DNA of 64,000 bases from Oopsacas minuta (lineage: Eukaryota; Animalia; Porifera). Below are positions 1 to 12,086 of the stretch, piece by piece. Positions within the stretch are counted from its first letter, which is position 1. Each line of letters opens with the position of its first letter. The stretch covers positions 186,001 through 250,000 of the forward strand of contig JAKMXF010000311.1 in the NCBI GenBank assembly GCA_024704765.1. Reading direction: 5' to 3'. Position numbers and translations under genes: made by a program. The notes beneath the pieces are model-generated. The model was not told the DNA's origin. It worked only from the letters and a program-made list of their open reading frames with translations, and did not search any database.

Positions 1-665
1 GATTCCATATGGAATTGGGTAGCAGGTTTGGGAATAGGTTCTGGAGCTATCTCGGATGGTAATGGGATGATAGAGGGTACTTGTCTATGGAGATGTATCT
101 CTGAAGAGTGATCTGTCGGAATAGAAAGAAAAACTATTTCAAATTTCGATAAACCGTATATCTCTGGATAAGCGTCCCGGTACATATTAATTTCATGAAG
201 CATTTTTTAGCCTATTTCCCATGTTTGAAAATACTAAAATGTTTGGAAACGAATAATCCTGAGTGGCTGAGACGAAAATTCATCTCCAGAGAATGGAATG
301 GTCTCGTTTCCTTAGACCCCTGCCGTGAACTACGTAGTTCACGCCTCTACAAGGAAATTATAATTCTTCGAAAAATCTAAAGGAAGTAACACAACTTTAC
401 ACAGGAAATTTGTACAAATAATTTTCATACATTAGAATTGTATTCCACACTAGTATTTACCAGGTTGCTTCTTGAGTGGACTCATTATAACTGTTTCAGT
501 TTGTGTACCATAGTTACTATTAAGAGGCGTTGGAATGTGTGGAGCTATGAGAGTATGTTTTAACAGTTCCTCATACTCCTCTCTGAATGTAGTAGACACA
601 GAACTACCTTTACTCTCATCCAATATTGGTATAGACATGTTCATATCTTCTAGGCTACTATCCAT
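1..665 (-). CDS. POC5: Centriolar protein POC5, 5' part (exon 665-461, intron 460-113, exon 112 to the window edge)
   Basis: The N-terminus ESKGSSVSTTFREEYEELLKHTLIAPHI matches the POC5 N-terminal motif (S-x-GSSVS-x3-EEYEELL). The phase-1 GT donor at 460 and AG acceptor at 113-114 give an open frame (DHSSEIHLHRQVPSIIP...) to position 1. Confidence 0.75.
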
Positions 666-1313
666 TAGCTAAAGTTGTATATTATGGGTAATTTAATGGA
701 TATTTTCATACGTGAAGTTGCAGCGGTTCGTTCTTAAATTTTCAAAACAGAAAAACCAAGCCTAGACATTGCGAAGGCAGTCAAACATTAGAATCACAGA
801 GCTGAACTATAAACGAAAGGGAATAACAGAAAGGCAATAAATGAATCAAACTACCATATTTGCGCCATAACACTTCGAGTTTGTCTAATGGATATTTTGC
901 ATTATTTCTATAGCCATATTATTAGCATTTATTGGTTTTCTAGCCCAAGTGAAGCGGGAAATTGCAAATGCACCGAGATCATTCGGTTTCCTAGGCAATT
1001 TAGGACAGCTCTTGTTTGGTTATTTTGGCCTATCCAATCGGAAGGTGAATAATATCGATCGCTGATATTGACATATGAATATTCATATTAAACTATCAAG
1101 GACTTTCGATATTTGTTGAGGAACTATAGCATATATATTACACAGATTCCTAGTATACATAATCAATATATACAATCCAATAACAATCTCTAGATAAATA
1201 TTTGTAAAATAACAAATACAATAAATGAAAATTAGAAAAGTAGAGTGCAGGTAAAAAGAAATTTGTACTTTTTAGACTTTTTCTAGATGAAGAACCCATC
1301 AATCCATTTTTGA

Positions 1314-4300
1314 CTACAGACTGTTTTTGGTTCGATTGTCGAAATCAAATTCAGGTTCTAGTAAATGTATTTTTGTATTCGTGTTATATTTCTCTGATTT
1401 TCGCCGATGTGGGTCTCCTTTGGCAGAAGACCTAGTACTGTAATTGATAGGAGAATCTGGACTATGGAAACAGGGTAATAGTTCGCTTTCACTTCGCTGT
1501 TTCTTAGAAACCCAAGATTTCTTATGCAGTTGGACCTGTTTTATAATAGATTTAATATAATTGGATATTCGTAGTGCTTGTTCTATCTGATCGCATGACC
1601 ATTGGTCTTGAAATGGACTGATGAATTTCAAAGCATTTTCAAAGCCGATTGCTTCCATCTTGGGGGCTACATCTTGGTTGTCACCACTACAACGTATAGA
1701 AGATACTAATAAACTTTGGACAGCTGATTGAGTTGCACGATCGTTGTTATGTGATAGAAGTGCTAATATTTTCGGTTTTATTAAAGGTTCTATATCGGAA
1801 AAATAGCATTTGAATGTTTGTTTCGCTTCGGCCAATGTCTCGATGATATTTTTAGAACTAATATCATCATAGTTGTGGATAATATGAAGACTTAGTATGA
1901 AGAATATTAAAGTTTGAGAATTTGGATCTTTTATCAAATCTGGATGTACAATACAATCTTTTGTTTGTAGCAAAAATGTATTCAGTCTTTCGTCCCAGTT
2001 TTTTGTAGTGTAAGTTGAGAAAACACTTCTAGGATTCGATTTCCTGTTCATCAAAGTCAGGTCAGTTGAAATTTCTGAGAAAGAACGTTTAAAAGAAGAG
2101 TCTTCTAATTCGCAATCAATTGAACCACCAGTGGTTAGCTTTCTCGGTGAAGAAAGGGGCAGTGCGAATGTACTAGGATCATCTCGCGAAAATGAGAATT
2201 TAAGTTCGTTATAAGATCGAGGCAATGCCAGTAAAAATGGGAGATCATCTTGGGTGAAATGTTGTTGCGAATTTACGAAATGGAGAACTGATGTTTTACG
2301 GGTTAGAGCGAATAAAGTTGTGATTAAGCTTTCGACACGAAGTGAAAGTTCAGCTGTGCGAAAAAGAATACCTTTCATTAGCAAAATTGCCAGACCAAAA
2401 GTGAAATTTTCATCAAGGAATATACCCGTGTTACAATCAAGATTATGGAAATCCAATTCGAATAATTTGCGAATCTTCCTCATGTATTGGACAAAATTGA
2501 GTTCGCCTATAATATCATGGTAGCGCAGAACCTGTAGATTAGCTTCTAACAGTACTAAAGCAGCTGAATACAATGCATAGTTACCAAGTCTCAAGATAAG
2601 AATGGCGAACCAACTAATGTGTTTTAGTAACGTAGATTCAGGGAGTATCTTAGGCTGTAGTTTTGCAAGGCATATGAGTATTGCCTCCATTAATAAGCTA
2701 TTTTCTGCTGGACTCTGTAGACAATGCATAAAGCTGGACATTATTAATGATAATTTTTCGTCACCAACATTTTCAGCTAAAGTACCGAGCACTATGAATG
2801 CTCTAGGCTGTAAGGCTGGATTTTGACTGAACGCAAAGCTCTCTACTATATCTACCCAACGATTCAACCAAATGAAGGAAGGATTTGAAGCAGTGCATAC
2901 TTCTAAAATTTCGTACAAATCGTCTACAATAGTTTGAAGTGATGTCAAATTTGTTTGATCGTGTTTAGGTAGTGTCCAATTGGATTGAGATGGTAGAAAT
3001 GCAACCTCAGCGCACGAAAGACTACCTTGTATATTGAAAAGAAGATAGAATTTCTGCAAGGACATATCTCCAACTTTTGATTGAAGGATTTTCCTAGCTG
3101 GGTCGCTCATACCTTTGAATGTACACATAGCCTGATAGCAGTTTGTCAATAGGCCATGCACAGAGGCACGAAGCATTGGTGGTCCACGGCCAAACACCAT
3201 TGTAATGACATGGAAAAGCTCTGGGATATGTTTCTCAGCATTCAGCCTATTTTGAAACGAAAGCATTAGAAGAAACCGTGTGATAACAGCCAATTCGTTC
3301 CATAGAATATGATGTTCAAGTATAGGCGAAAGGTCACCGCATGTTTTCTGCAATACGGTCAAAACACGTTTAATAATCCGCTCACTTACAGTTTGACTGT
3401 TAGCTGATGCAAGTGTCACAACAGAATCAGAGATAATATAAGTCAAACGACTGTCTAAACCATTAGCAGTGCTTACACGGATAAATAAGTCGAGTATGTT
3501 ATCGATAAGACCTTGCATGTGACCCAAACGACCCCATATCTTTGCCTGTATAGTAGGATACATATTAGTCTCCTTGAAAGTCAACTCATTCAAAAGACTT
3601 TCGATAATTACATTTGTTCTCTGATGATCAGCGTATTTAGTGAGGTTGTCAAGCCAAGGAGCCATGTAAACCAACGATAAATGCTTTCTTGGTGGGTCAG
3701 ATTTTTGAAAACCATTTATTGCTTCTGTTAAGAATTCTAATGTTAAATCTGGCATGTGTTCTGCAATATCTTTGCTAATCTTTTTGATGAAAAGTGTATT
3801 ATTTTCAGGGATACATATACCCTGTGCTGAATTCAATTGTCTACCTAGTTCGAATCTGAAAGTGTAAGATAAGACGCAGAGGAGATTATAAGCAGCAAGA
3901 CGTAAGGATGGATCTGAACTACCTAGATTGAGAAGAGCGAGGTTGAGTAATGTCCCAGGCAAATCACTTGGTTGTATTTGGCAATAATTCGACTGTCCTA
4001 AACCAATGTAAACTGGCTGTTGAAAATCCCATCGTGATTGCAAGCCACGTAATGCCTTGTATAAGTCTTTAGAATCGGTTTGGAAAACGTAAACCAAAGT
4101 TTCGGGACTGGATTGTATTTTAATGGTGCATTGGTTCCTTTCTTCGATGTAGCTAACATCCTCAATTTCACTTAAGCAATGTATATCATTCAATGGAGCT
4201 GAAGTGTAGAAAATCTTAAATTTTTCACTAGAATTAACCCAGAAATTTGTAGAAGTTATTTTTATCGAGTAAGGCAGTTTGTATCCAGAACGTATCACAT

Positions 4301-7300
4301 TCTGAAATACCTGCTGCCCTTGGCAGAGATTTATAGTTGATTGTGGTAACCGTAGTTGAGAAATGTCGATATGGTCTGAGAATTTGTTATAGGATTCTAT
4401 CACAACCCAACGTTTGAAAGATTTAACTTTGTTTATTTTTTCTTCAGCGATTAGCCGAATTGAGTTTCTGAAACTTGTACTCACATTGTATAAGTATATG
4501 ACTTCAAGATTTTGGAATATTTGCGAGGGTACCCTACCTAACAATTGAATGAGTAGATCTGGACTGAATGTGTTCACGAATTTTGTTTGCGTCAAGTCTA
4601 TTACAATTTCCCATTTTTCAACATTACAGTGTTTGCCTTGGAAAAGAAACATGTAAAGGAGATGGTCAATGATTCGATGTTGTGTGAAAAATGCACTATT
4701 GGTGACCTTTCTAGTAATAAGATAGAATACCATGTTATTTGCTCGAGAGAGTCCATGTTGGTATAACACATCAGCTGTTTGTAATTCTTTAAGGAACTCG
4801 TAGTCAATTTTATCTGCCAAATTTCGCAGCATTTCATTAGGAATTAACATGGTTGAAGGCCTTAAGTATGTGTGTGGATTTTTAGATTGCTCCGGAGGCC
4901 CTAAGTGTGCAAGTTGCGTAACAAGGGTATGGAGAGTTTTCCTGGAAACTGAGAAGTATGAAAGACGGCTGATGTGCTCACTCACGTCAGACTCAAGTTC
5001 CCACAACAACGAATGCAATAGGAATGAATCTTGTTCCTTAATAACAGAATTGACTTCTCTCAGATTATTGAAATTATCTGGACCCATCATGGATATATTC
5101 AAATTAAACTCCACAACTAAAGGGAAATTTTCTTCAAGGAATGGATTAACATACGTCATGTCGTGAGTTGGATTTTGTCTGAACAGTTGTTTGTTGGCTA
5201 AATTCTGAAGAATTTTCGAAAGCATTGTTAACCCGCGTGTGATATTCGGCTGTAAATGTATTTCACTGATTAGCCCTTTAGATTGTGGACTTACTATTGC
5301 CGGGTTAATGAAGCGTAGAAAAATCGCAATAGCGACAGCAACATTCGCGAAATCTGGGAATTTCGAATGAACAACCTGGAATAGGATAAAACACATAGTA
5401 CGAATCTGTTGAGCGATGGAACCAAGCGATGTCCGTATGGTATCGAAGAACTGCTTCGCAAGCTTAAGTAACCGCGTTTTAGTCAATTCGGGTGTTTGTA
5501 GAGATTCACCTATTGAGCCTCTATGTGTAACTTTATCAAACTGCAGATCGCCATTATCTGGGTTACATACTTCTATAACTAACGGCTTAATAACATCCTC
5601 TAGGAACTGATTGCCGAAAATATTCAAAACTGTACGCAGGATTTTCGTCGTGATGTTGTTGCTACGCATGAAGGTGTCACGTGTCGCAAAGTTAAGTTTA
5701 TCAATCTCACGCGTGAAAATTATCGTGAATAGATATGATAGTTTATTCTTCGCATCGAATATAACCACAAGTACGCTTGCGAGATCCTCAAGGTGTGAAA
5801 ATGGTGTAACATCCAGCAGTGCATTAAGAATTGGGTAGTCGCCATTAGGTAGAGGGGTAACCACGAGATCTAGTATAGTTTCGTAGTGTATTTTCTTCGC
5901 AGAATCGGAAAGCTCTTCAAACATCCCACCACGCTGTTGTAATAGATTTGTTAGTACTTCCATAAAGCTTGTACGAATCAATGTATTTTCATGGTAACCT
6001 AATCCTATAGTGTGTTGTAGACCGTATTGAACATTTGCTGACAAGAGATTCGTTATTGATTTAATACTGAGGGATCTTAAAAGTGAGAAATGACGCTGTT
6101 CTTGCGCTTCTAAAGGCGGGTGTCCATCCGATGCAGGCATATCACATAGTTTTAACTGGTTCATGAATTGGTTGAAATATTTCCGGAAAAGTTTCGATTT
6201 CATCTCGCTGACATTCTCATAATCATGGTTTTCAATATGTAAAGGCAAACCTTCTGTGACGGCGACAATGGCTTTCAAACAAGTTTCGTCTAACTGTCGG
6301 TAATCAGAAATATTCACATCAAATGTTAAAGTATGTCTAGTATGATCACCCATCATCCATTGCGATAAATTCTCCATTATTGAGTTCCTGAATTTCAATT
6401 CTTGACGGATGTAAAGTTCATTTCTACATTCCATCATTTTAATGATAACTTTACAAAGTTGGATTCGCATTGTGACTGTACGTTGATGTGTGATGGACAT
6501 TGCGGCTGAATATTTGAAATAAATCTCGATAATTGGATCGATTTTAAACTGGTATAGTTTTTCTCGACTATGAAGTGTCTTTGTTTCAAGAATTCGTTCG
6601 ATAATTGTCATTGTCGAAGATACAAACCTAGAATTTTCCTCAGAAACTTTCAAATCTGAACCATAAAAAGTGGCATGAGCAGTGTGCGTTGCTGTTGAAA
6701 GTTCACGCGACAGGAAACTATGAATAATTGAAGAGAGTATACTGTAAAATGCTGGATTTAATTCGTTGCCTAACAACTGGAGAATAATTTGAATAATTTG
6801 TATCTGAATATTATCTTTATCGTCGAACAAACATTTTACGAGGCTTCGAATGAAGAACTCACCTTGATCATCGAAAGACTCTTCCTCTGGCTGTCCATCT
6901 TCAAATTGACCTAACCGTAGGGATTTAATGGAACGATTACCATCACTTGTCCGGGAAAAACTATTCGAGCGTGTGCGATGTAAATCGTCTTTACCAACAA
7001 ATGAGAGCATTGGAGTTGATTCGGATTTTGTAACTCTTTGTGAAGAAGGAGCTGCTTCGTATGTAGTTGAGTGCATTTTAACGCCACCTAATGCAGCAAG
7101 AAAGCCGGAAATATTATGCCATTCTACAAGATTAGAATCCGAATTACCAGAAGAAGTTGGAAACAATACAGGCTGACATACAGATGACATCCCTGATACC
7201 GAAATTGATTTAAAATGTGCACGTTCACGACCACGGCCAGGTAAGGTGCCTGTTGAGTAGCCAAGAGTTGAATTATAGTCGTTTGGTACAATTCCAGGAC

Positions 7301-9575
7301 ATATCCTTTCGAACAGTGCAGCCCATCTATAGTAGACTAAGTTCCAAGCATGGCTAGTGCCTTGTGAAGCTTTTATACACCTTAATCGATGCCAAATCTT
7401 TTTCTGGGGGGAAAGACGGCCAACATGTTTTTCCTTGGCGAATTCGATGAATTCTTGGTAAATATTCAAATTTTCTAGGTCGATAATCGTTGGTATATGG
7501 CCTTCAATGACTGATTGTACTTCACGACAAAGATACTGGAAACAGGCAGCAGATTGAGTGACTGTATCTACGTCTTTGTTAGAAAGCAAACAGAGAAGAG
7601 CTGATTCAAGGATCACATGACTTTTCTGAGCTAAAGCAATTACATTTTGATAGGCTAAAGATACGTCATCCTTATGTTGAGCAAAGAAATCGCTCCTAGA
7701 CTGTAGAATAGCATTCAGTAGCTGGAGTAGCGCTATATTACGTGGATTACACAATCTTGAGCATATGATATATATAATGTACGAGTCTACCTCCCAGAAG
7801 AATGTTACTATATCGTGCGGATACCATTCTTCGATCAGTTTAGGGGAGTGCAGCGCTAATAACGCTTCACTGGCATCTTCACCTAATTCAGGCTGGGCTT
7901 CGTAATCGATGAGAAGAGCTATTGCAAGGATTGTGAGTTTAATCTCTTCACGGTATTCCTCGTTAATTTCCGTTGTTTGCACGAATATTCTAGGATGGAT
8001 TTTACATACACGAACTAACCATTGTATAAGTTTAAGTGAAAGTTCAAAAGTCTTTTTGTCGATGTAGAAATCTGAATTTTTTGTATGTAGAGAAGTGAAT
8101 GACGAACAAACTGAGAAACTATCAAAGGCCATGTCAATTTCATCCAATGGCACTATGGATGAAGATTTTATAGTACTAGCGAATAGATTACGGAGGATAG
8201 TGCCTAGGGAATATAGGATGCTAATATTTTCCCATAAAGCACTATCTGGTTTGGTATTCAAATCGTTGACAATTGTATAACAGGTTTTTACTAAAATAAT
8301 TTGTAGATAAGGTGTGCTGACGCATGCAAGGCAGTTTGTTTGGAAATCCAATTGTTTTGATTGGATGTAATATAAAGCGACGCAATATTCTACTACCATA
8401 ACCTCTGGGAAATATTGGGGATTTTTCAAGAAAAGTTCTTGTAAAACCAAAATATATTTGTGTAGATATTCGAGGTATATTTTCGATATACAGTTATCCC
8501 GTATCAGAGCGTACACACGACAAAAATCAACCCAGCAGCGAGCGGCTCTCACAACTAACGCAGTTTTATTTTTTAGGTTCGCAGGGTCGTTGATAAACTT
8601 GAACATATGTAGGATAAATGAGTCAAGGCCTCGAGTCTCTTTCATGGGATAAGAATTACGATTTAAAATTTTTTCTAAGACAGACGGTCGTAGGAGTAAT
8701 AGAAGATTCTGTAAGGCCCAAAATTGTTCGCGTTTTTTCCCAGAATCGGTGTGCGAATCGAGGATTTTGTAAAGATGTGCGATAGTCTCTTTCAGATTAG
8801 TTTTATCATCGAAAACAACGCTTGGGTAACGTTCTATTAAATTGAAGAGTACAGTTTCAAGTGAAGAAGCTACTGAGCTGAAAATCATCCTCTGTTTTGA
8901 ATTTTTCAGTTTCATAAAAGATGAATCAATCAGACATTTCAAAATCGAGTTTACGTCAGCTGGAGACACTTGTATGTATTGTATAAAGCGTAGTTGGTCA
9001 CTTTCCAGTGGTCGCTCTTGGATAACCTGGTGTAAGGTTTTCACCCAAAAGTCATGCACACAGCTAAAATTATAATTTGAAAGGTAACATATGACCAAAC
9101 CAGCTTTGTCCCTTACCTCTGTACTGAACTCATTATTTACTGATATCTCAGCCACGTGTGGTAAAACGTTTTGGATCGCGGCGAAATCTTTTGCGAATAG
9201 GTCGAATGATTTTAGAACGTCGAGACATTTCGCGATTGTGTCCAGGAGTAAAAGATGCGAAAGATTTTTCTTATCGACTAGGAGAATATCACTTAGCATC
9301 CCACCAAGTGTATATATAATTTTCGCAAAATCAAATTCGCACAGTGAAATAATCGTGGAGACTGTACACTCGAGGTTAGAGAGAATATTCGGACATGGAA
9401 TATTAGTTCTTGAAATTATGAAAAGATCAGATTTATATTTTTCTAAACAAGAGTCAATTAGTTCGGATTTTATCTCGAATGGAGAGAATGGGTTATCTAT
9501 TGTAGCATGACTTGATCCGTTTCGTATTATCCTATCTAACAGATTGTTGGAATCTTGTAAGATAGTAGAACTCAT
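1314..9575 (-). CDS. NF1: Neurofibromin (RasGAP, Sec14-PH and HEAT-like regions), about 2,753 aa encoded in a single 8.26-kb exon. A small upstream coding exon at 10606-10569 is possible.
   Basis: Uninterrupted ORF with the GAP arginine-finger context TFMRSNNITTKIL, the FLRFINPAIVSP signature and KILQNLAN. It also has a Sec14-like region (WEIVIDLT) and NF1 C-terminal motifs (PGTLLNLALLNLGSSDPSLRLAAYNLLC, SQNPALQPRAFIVLG). The ORF-track start at 9629 lies in a pyrimidine tract; a tttag acceptor sits 1 nt before ATG 9575. Confidence 0.96.
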   Translation of the reverse strand: MSSTILQDSNNLLDRIIRNGSSHATIDNPFSPFEIKSELIDSCLEKYKSDLFIISRTNIPCPNILSNLECTVSTIISLCEFDFAKIIYTLGGMLSDILLVDKKNLSHLLLLDTIAKCLDVLKSFDLFAKDFAAIQNVLPHVAEISVNNEFSTEVRDKAGLVICYLSNYNFSCVHDFWVKTLHQVIQERPLESDQLRFIQYIQVSPADVNSILKCLIDSSFMKLKNSKQRMIFSSVASSLETVLFNLIERYPSVVFDDKTNLKETIAHLYKILDSHTDSGKKREQFWALQNLLLLLRPSVLEKILNRNSYPMKETRGLDSFILHMFKFINDPANLKNKTALVVRAARCWVDFCRVYALIRDNCISKIYLEYLHKYILVLQELFLKNPQYFPEVMVVEYCVALYYIQSKQLDFQTNCLACVSTPYLQIILVKTCYTIVNDLNTKPDSALWENISILYSLGTILRNLFASTIKSSSIVPLDEIDMAFDSFSVCSSFTSLHTKNSDFYIDKKTFELSLKLIQWLVRVCKIHPRIFVQTTEINEEYREEIKLTILAIALLIDYEAQPELGEDASEALLALHSPKLIEEWYPHDIVTFFWEVDSYIIYIICSRLCNPRNIALLQLLNAILQSRSDFFAQHKDDVSLAYQNVIALAQKSHVILESALLCLLSNKDVDTVTQSAACFQYLCREVQSVIEGHIPTIIDLENLNIYQEFIEFAKEKHVGRLSPQKKIWHRLRCIKASQGTSHAWNLVYYRWAALFERICPGIVPNDYNSTLGYSTGTLPGRGRERAHFKSISVSGMSSVCQPVLFPTSSGNSDSNLVEWHNISGFLAALGGVKMHSTTYEAAPSSQRVTKSESTPMLSFVGKDDLHRTRSNSFSRTSDGNRSIKSLRLGQFEDGQPEEESFDDQGEFFIRSLVKCLFDDKDNIQIQIIQIILQLLGNELNPAFYSILSSIIHSFLSRELSTATHTAHATFYGSDLKVSEENSRFVSSTMTIIERILETKTLHSREKLYQFKIDPIIEIYFKYSAAMSITHQRTVTMRIQLCKVIIKMMECRNELYIRQELKFRNSIMENLSQWMMGDHTRHTLTFDVNISDYRQLDETCLKAIVAVTEGLPLHIENHDYENVSEMKSKLFRKYFNQFMNQLKLCDMPASDGHPPLEAQEQRHFSLLRSLSIKSITNLLSANVQYGLQHTIGLGYHENTLIRTSFMEVLTNLLQQRGGMFEELSDSAKKIHYETILDLVVTPLPNGDYPILNALLDVTPFSHLEDLASVLVVIFDAKNKLSYLFTIIFTREIDKLNFATRDTFMRSNNITTKILRTVLNIFGNQFLEDVIKPLVIEVCNPDNGDLQFDKVTHRGSIGESLQTPELTKTRLLKLAKQFFDTIRTSLGSIAQQIRTMCFILFQVVHSKFPDFANVAVAIAIFLRFINPAIVSPQSKGLISEIHLQPNITRGLTMLSKILQNLANKQLFRQNPTHDMTYVNPFLEENFPLVVEFNLNISMMGPDNFNNLREVNSVIKEQDSFLLHSLLWELESDVSEHISRLSYFSVSRKTLHTLVTQLAHLGPPEQSKNPHTYLRPSTMLIPNEMLRNLADKIDYEFLKELQTADVLYQHGLSRANNMVFYLITRKVTNSAFFTQHRIIDHLLYMFLFQGKHCNVEKWEIVIDLTQTKFVNTFSPDLLIQLLGRVPSQIFQNLEVIYLYNVSTSFRNSIRLIAEEKINKVKSFKRWVVIESYNKFSDHIDISQLRLPQSTINLCQGQQVFQNVIRSGYKLPYSIKITSTNFWVNSSEKFKIFYTSAPLNDIHCLSEIEDVSYIEERNQCTIKIQSSPETLVYVFQTDSKDLYKALRGLQSRWDFQQPVYIGLGQSNYCQIQPSDLPGTLLNLALLNLGSSDPSLRLAAYNLLCVLSYTFRFELGRQLNSAQGICIPENNTLFIKKISKDIAEHMPDLTLEFLTEAINGFQKSDPPRKHLSLVYMAPWLDNLTKYADHQRTNVIIESLLNELTFKETNMYPTIQAKIWGRLGHMQGLIDNILDLFIRVSTANGLDSRLTYIISDSVVTLASANSQTVSERIIKRVLTVLQKTCGDLSPILEHHILWNELAVITRFLLMLSFQNRLNAEKHIPELFHVITMVFGRGPPMLRASVHGLLTNCYQAMCTFKGMSDPARKILQSKVGDMSLQKFYLLFNIQGSLSCAEVAFLPSQSNWTLPKHDQTNLTSLQTIVDDLYEILEVCTASNPSFIWLNRWVDIVESFAFSQNPALQPRAFIVLGTLAENVGDEKLSLIMSSFMHCLQSPAENSLLMEAILICLAKLQPKILPESTLLKHISWFAILILRLGNYALYSAALVLLEANLQVLRYHDIIGELNFVQYMRKIRKLFELDFHNLDCNTGIFLDENFTFGLAILLMKGILFRTAELSLRVESLITTLFALTRKTSVLHFVNSQQHFTQDDLPFLLALPRSYNELKFSFSRDDPSTFALPLSSPRKLTTGGSIDCELEDSSFKRSFSEISTDLTLMNRKSNPRSVFSTYTTKNWDERLNTFLLQTKDCIVHPDLIKDPNSQTLIFFILSLHIIHNYDDISSKNIIETLAEAKQTFKCYFSDIEPLIKPKILALLSHNNDRATQSAVQSLLVSSIRCSGDNQDVAPKMEAIGFENALKFISPFQDQWSCDQIEQALRISNYIKSIIKQVQLHKKSWVSKKQRSESELLPCFHSPDSPINYSTRSSAKGDPHRRKSEKYNTNTKIHLLEPEFDFDNRTKNSL

Positions 9576-12016
9576 TCTAAAACAAAAGTATAGAAATGTA
9601 AAGAAAATGTAATAAATACAGAAACTCATCAGATTATATTAGGTGCTTTTATTTGTCAAAAATTTGAAGATGTCCGCAAGAAACAAAATAAAGTAGTCAT
9701 GTAAATGTAAAGTGATTTGGCATGCCTCCTAGAGTTGTACAGGCCAGGAAAAAAGTGATAACACAGGCCTTGCACAAATAAAACGATAGATTGATCAATT
9801 AGAATCCACTCCGAGTAATCCTGCTCTCAATTGCTTACTCCAAAGACACTGAAAATTCAGGGGCAGAATACAAGGGGACTAAGTGTGGCGGAAGCTCCAC
9901 CCTTTTGTATTATAGTGTAAATATGCAGTAAACTCTCGTTGTAACGAATTCCTGTGGACATCGGTTTCAATTCATTATAAGCGGAGTAAAACCGATTACA
10001 TTCAAGCTATAGGAGTAGAGAATCGCTTCGATATAACGAGAGTTTGGTTATATCTGACTTGGTTAAAAGTGCTCGCAACTCTCAAGCTCAACCCCCTTCC
10101 CTCTGAACAAACTTGTATCGGACCCCTGAAGTCATTCAGTGAAATAAAACAGACGATAAACATGATAATTTTTATTAGGAAAATCACACTAGTGCACGAA
10201 TTATAGATATATACGGTGGCCACTGCTTCTAATAAAATTTCGACAAATATATGGACCACAATGTGTTGGCTACTACTAAAAGGATAAATTTTCAGAATAC
10301 TAATAAGGAAAATTGAAGGCTATCTATTAGTTTATATTGTGAAATCTAATAGATAGAAACTGAAATTTTTACATTATGGACAGCCAGCCATAAAATGGAA
10401 GCATTCAAAGAATCATGAAGTCTGGAGCTAATATATTACAGCCAAACAATGCACTAATAGATAAGGTTCATTGATAATGGAAGAAAAACTCAAATACATA
10501 ATACGTAATTTGATATTGAAATAATTCAGTGTCTCAAATTAATTGATATAAAATACAGTTTGTATTACCTTTGCAGTCGAGGAGCGAAACAAAAACTTTT
10601 CCTCATATAACTCATAAATAATTGAAAATAATCTAAAAAATATTTTCAGATAAATCAAAAGAAAAATTCACTTATCTTTATATATAGAGATTAGTAAAAA
10701 CACCAATCTACCACATAGACTGGCATTAGAAATACGTATTTACTGCTATTTATTCTGAGCAAGCCACATATCCAATTAAATTATATGGTAAGACTATATG
10801 TCTGGAGTGGTAATCGGTATTATTATTTGGTTAGAGTAGCCTCAATTGATATAGGTTAATTTTGAAGAAGGAATGTTTAACTTGGTTGTGTAAACTATTG
10901 TTTTGATTTATTAAGCAATTTGGACTATTCACTGGGTAATAATAGCCTCGTTATTATAAATGAAATATTTTCAGAGGAGATTTTGGTTAACATTGCTGCA
11001 AGAACATAGTTTGAGGGAGAAATATTTCCCTGAATTCTATGTTTAAAAGACTAGTTACACAAAAACATTTAGAAGAATATTGCAGACAAAAATATTATTC
11101 AGAGCAATACTGTATGATAATTTATCCCTAAGTTATAAGATTTTGCCTTGTCACTAGCATAGTATGTATCATTTCATGTGGTTTATGGTATAAAGTTATA
11201 AACTGTCTTGTAGCACAGTGAATATTACAAAAAATTAGCAACTCTCCTCAAAATGCAATATTTTAATTCATTCACTTTCGATGGGTAAGATAGTATAATT
11301 TACAACGATATTAAATTAAAAGTCCGCTCACAATATTATATAAACACGTTCATAACCTTAGGGACGTTCAAACATTACGTAACGCCTCGAGGGGAGGGGT
11401 AGTATGCAAAGCGTGACAACGCCATTCTTTTTGTGTGAAAAAGAGGTGAAAATGTTGTGCTGGACATCAAAATCATACATTATGAATGTTTCCCATTTGA
11501 TTGTTAGAGAACGTATATGCCTGAATTAGTGGCCGTTTAAGTATGCACAGTGTAATTTAGTACACGTGTCATAGGCCAAAAGTATAAAGATAACATAGAT
11601 TTATGAATAATTACTTTATCTGATAAAATAATTGTTGCATAATCCAGTTATAACTAACTAAGTAATATTCATAAATATATTACACAATGTCTATAGCAAA
11701 TTAATTATTCTATCAACCTCAATAAAGTTCATAAATTATCCGGTTATATAATGTGGAAACTAAGAATTATTACCTATATCCACGTCCTTCCTAATATTTC
11801 CACAATATTTCACAATAATCATAATACAAACAAACATAGCTGAATATTTAAGGGGAATGTGTTGAGGCTACACACTGTAATAATATTGAAATTTAATATG
11901 ATACTCTACTATTGTATGCAATATGTTTTCACAATAGAAACGTCTCTTCTAGAATATATTTCTGAAGTATAAATACAAAGATCAACACACAACAACACCT
12001 ATTTACCATTGAGGAA

Positions 12017-12086
12017 ATGAATATAATATTTGCTATTGTTCATTTGTGGATATCTGTCTTGTTAATCTCGTGCGTTCAGGCTCAGA
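12017..12086 (+). CDS. Signal-peptide exon [23 protein letters not shown] (inferred exon 1 of adhesion GPCR A)
   Basis: ATG, hydrophobic core, V-x-A cleavage context and a perfect GTAAGT donor in phase 1, compatible with the acceptor at 14255. It ends CAG A|gt, as does the signal-peptide exon of GPCR B. Confidence 0.75.

Noticed and set aside
2254-9510. Many 60-140 aa + strand ORFs inside NF1
   Set aside because: Antisense shadows of a long coding exon; no motifs or independent gene signals.
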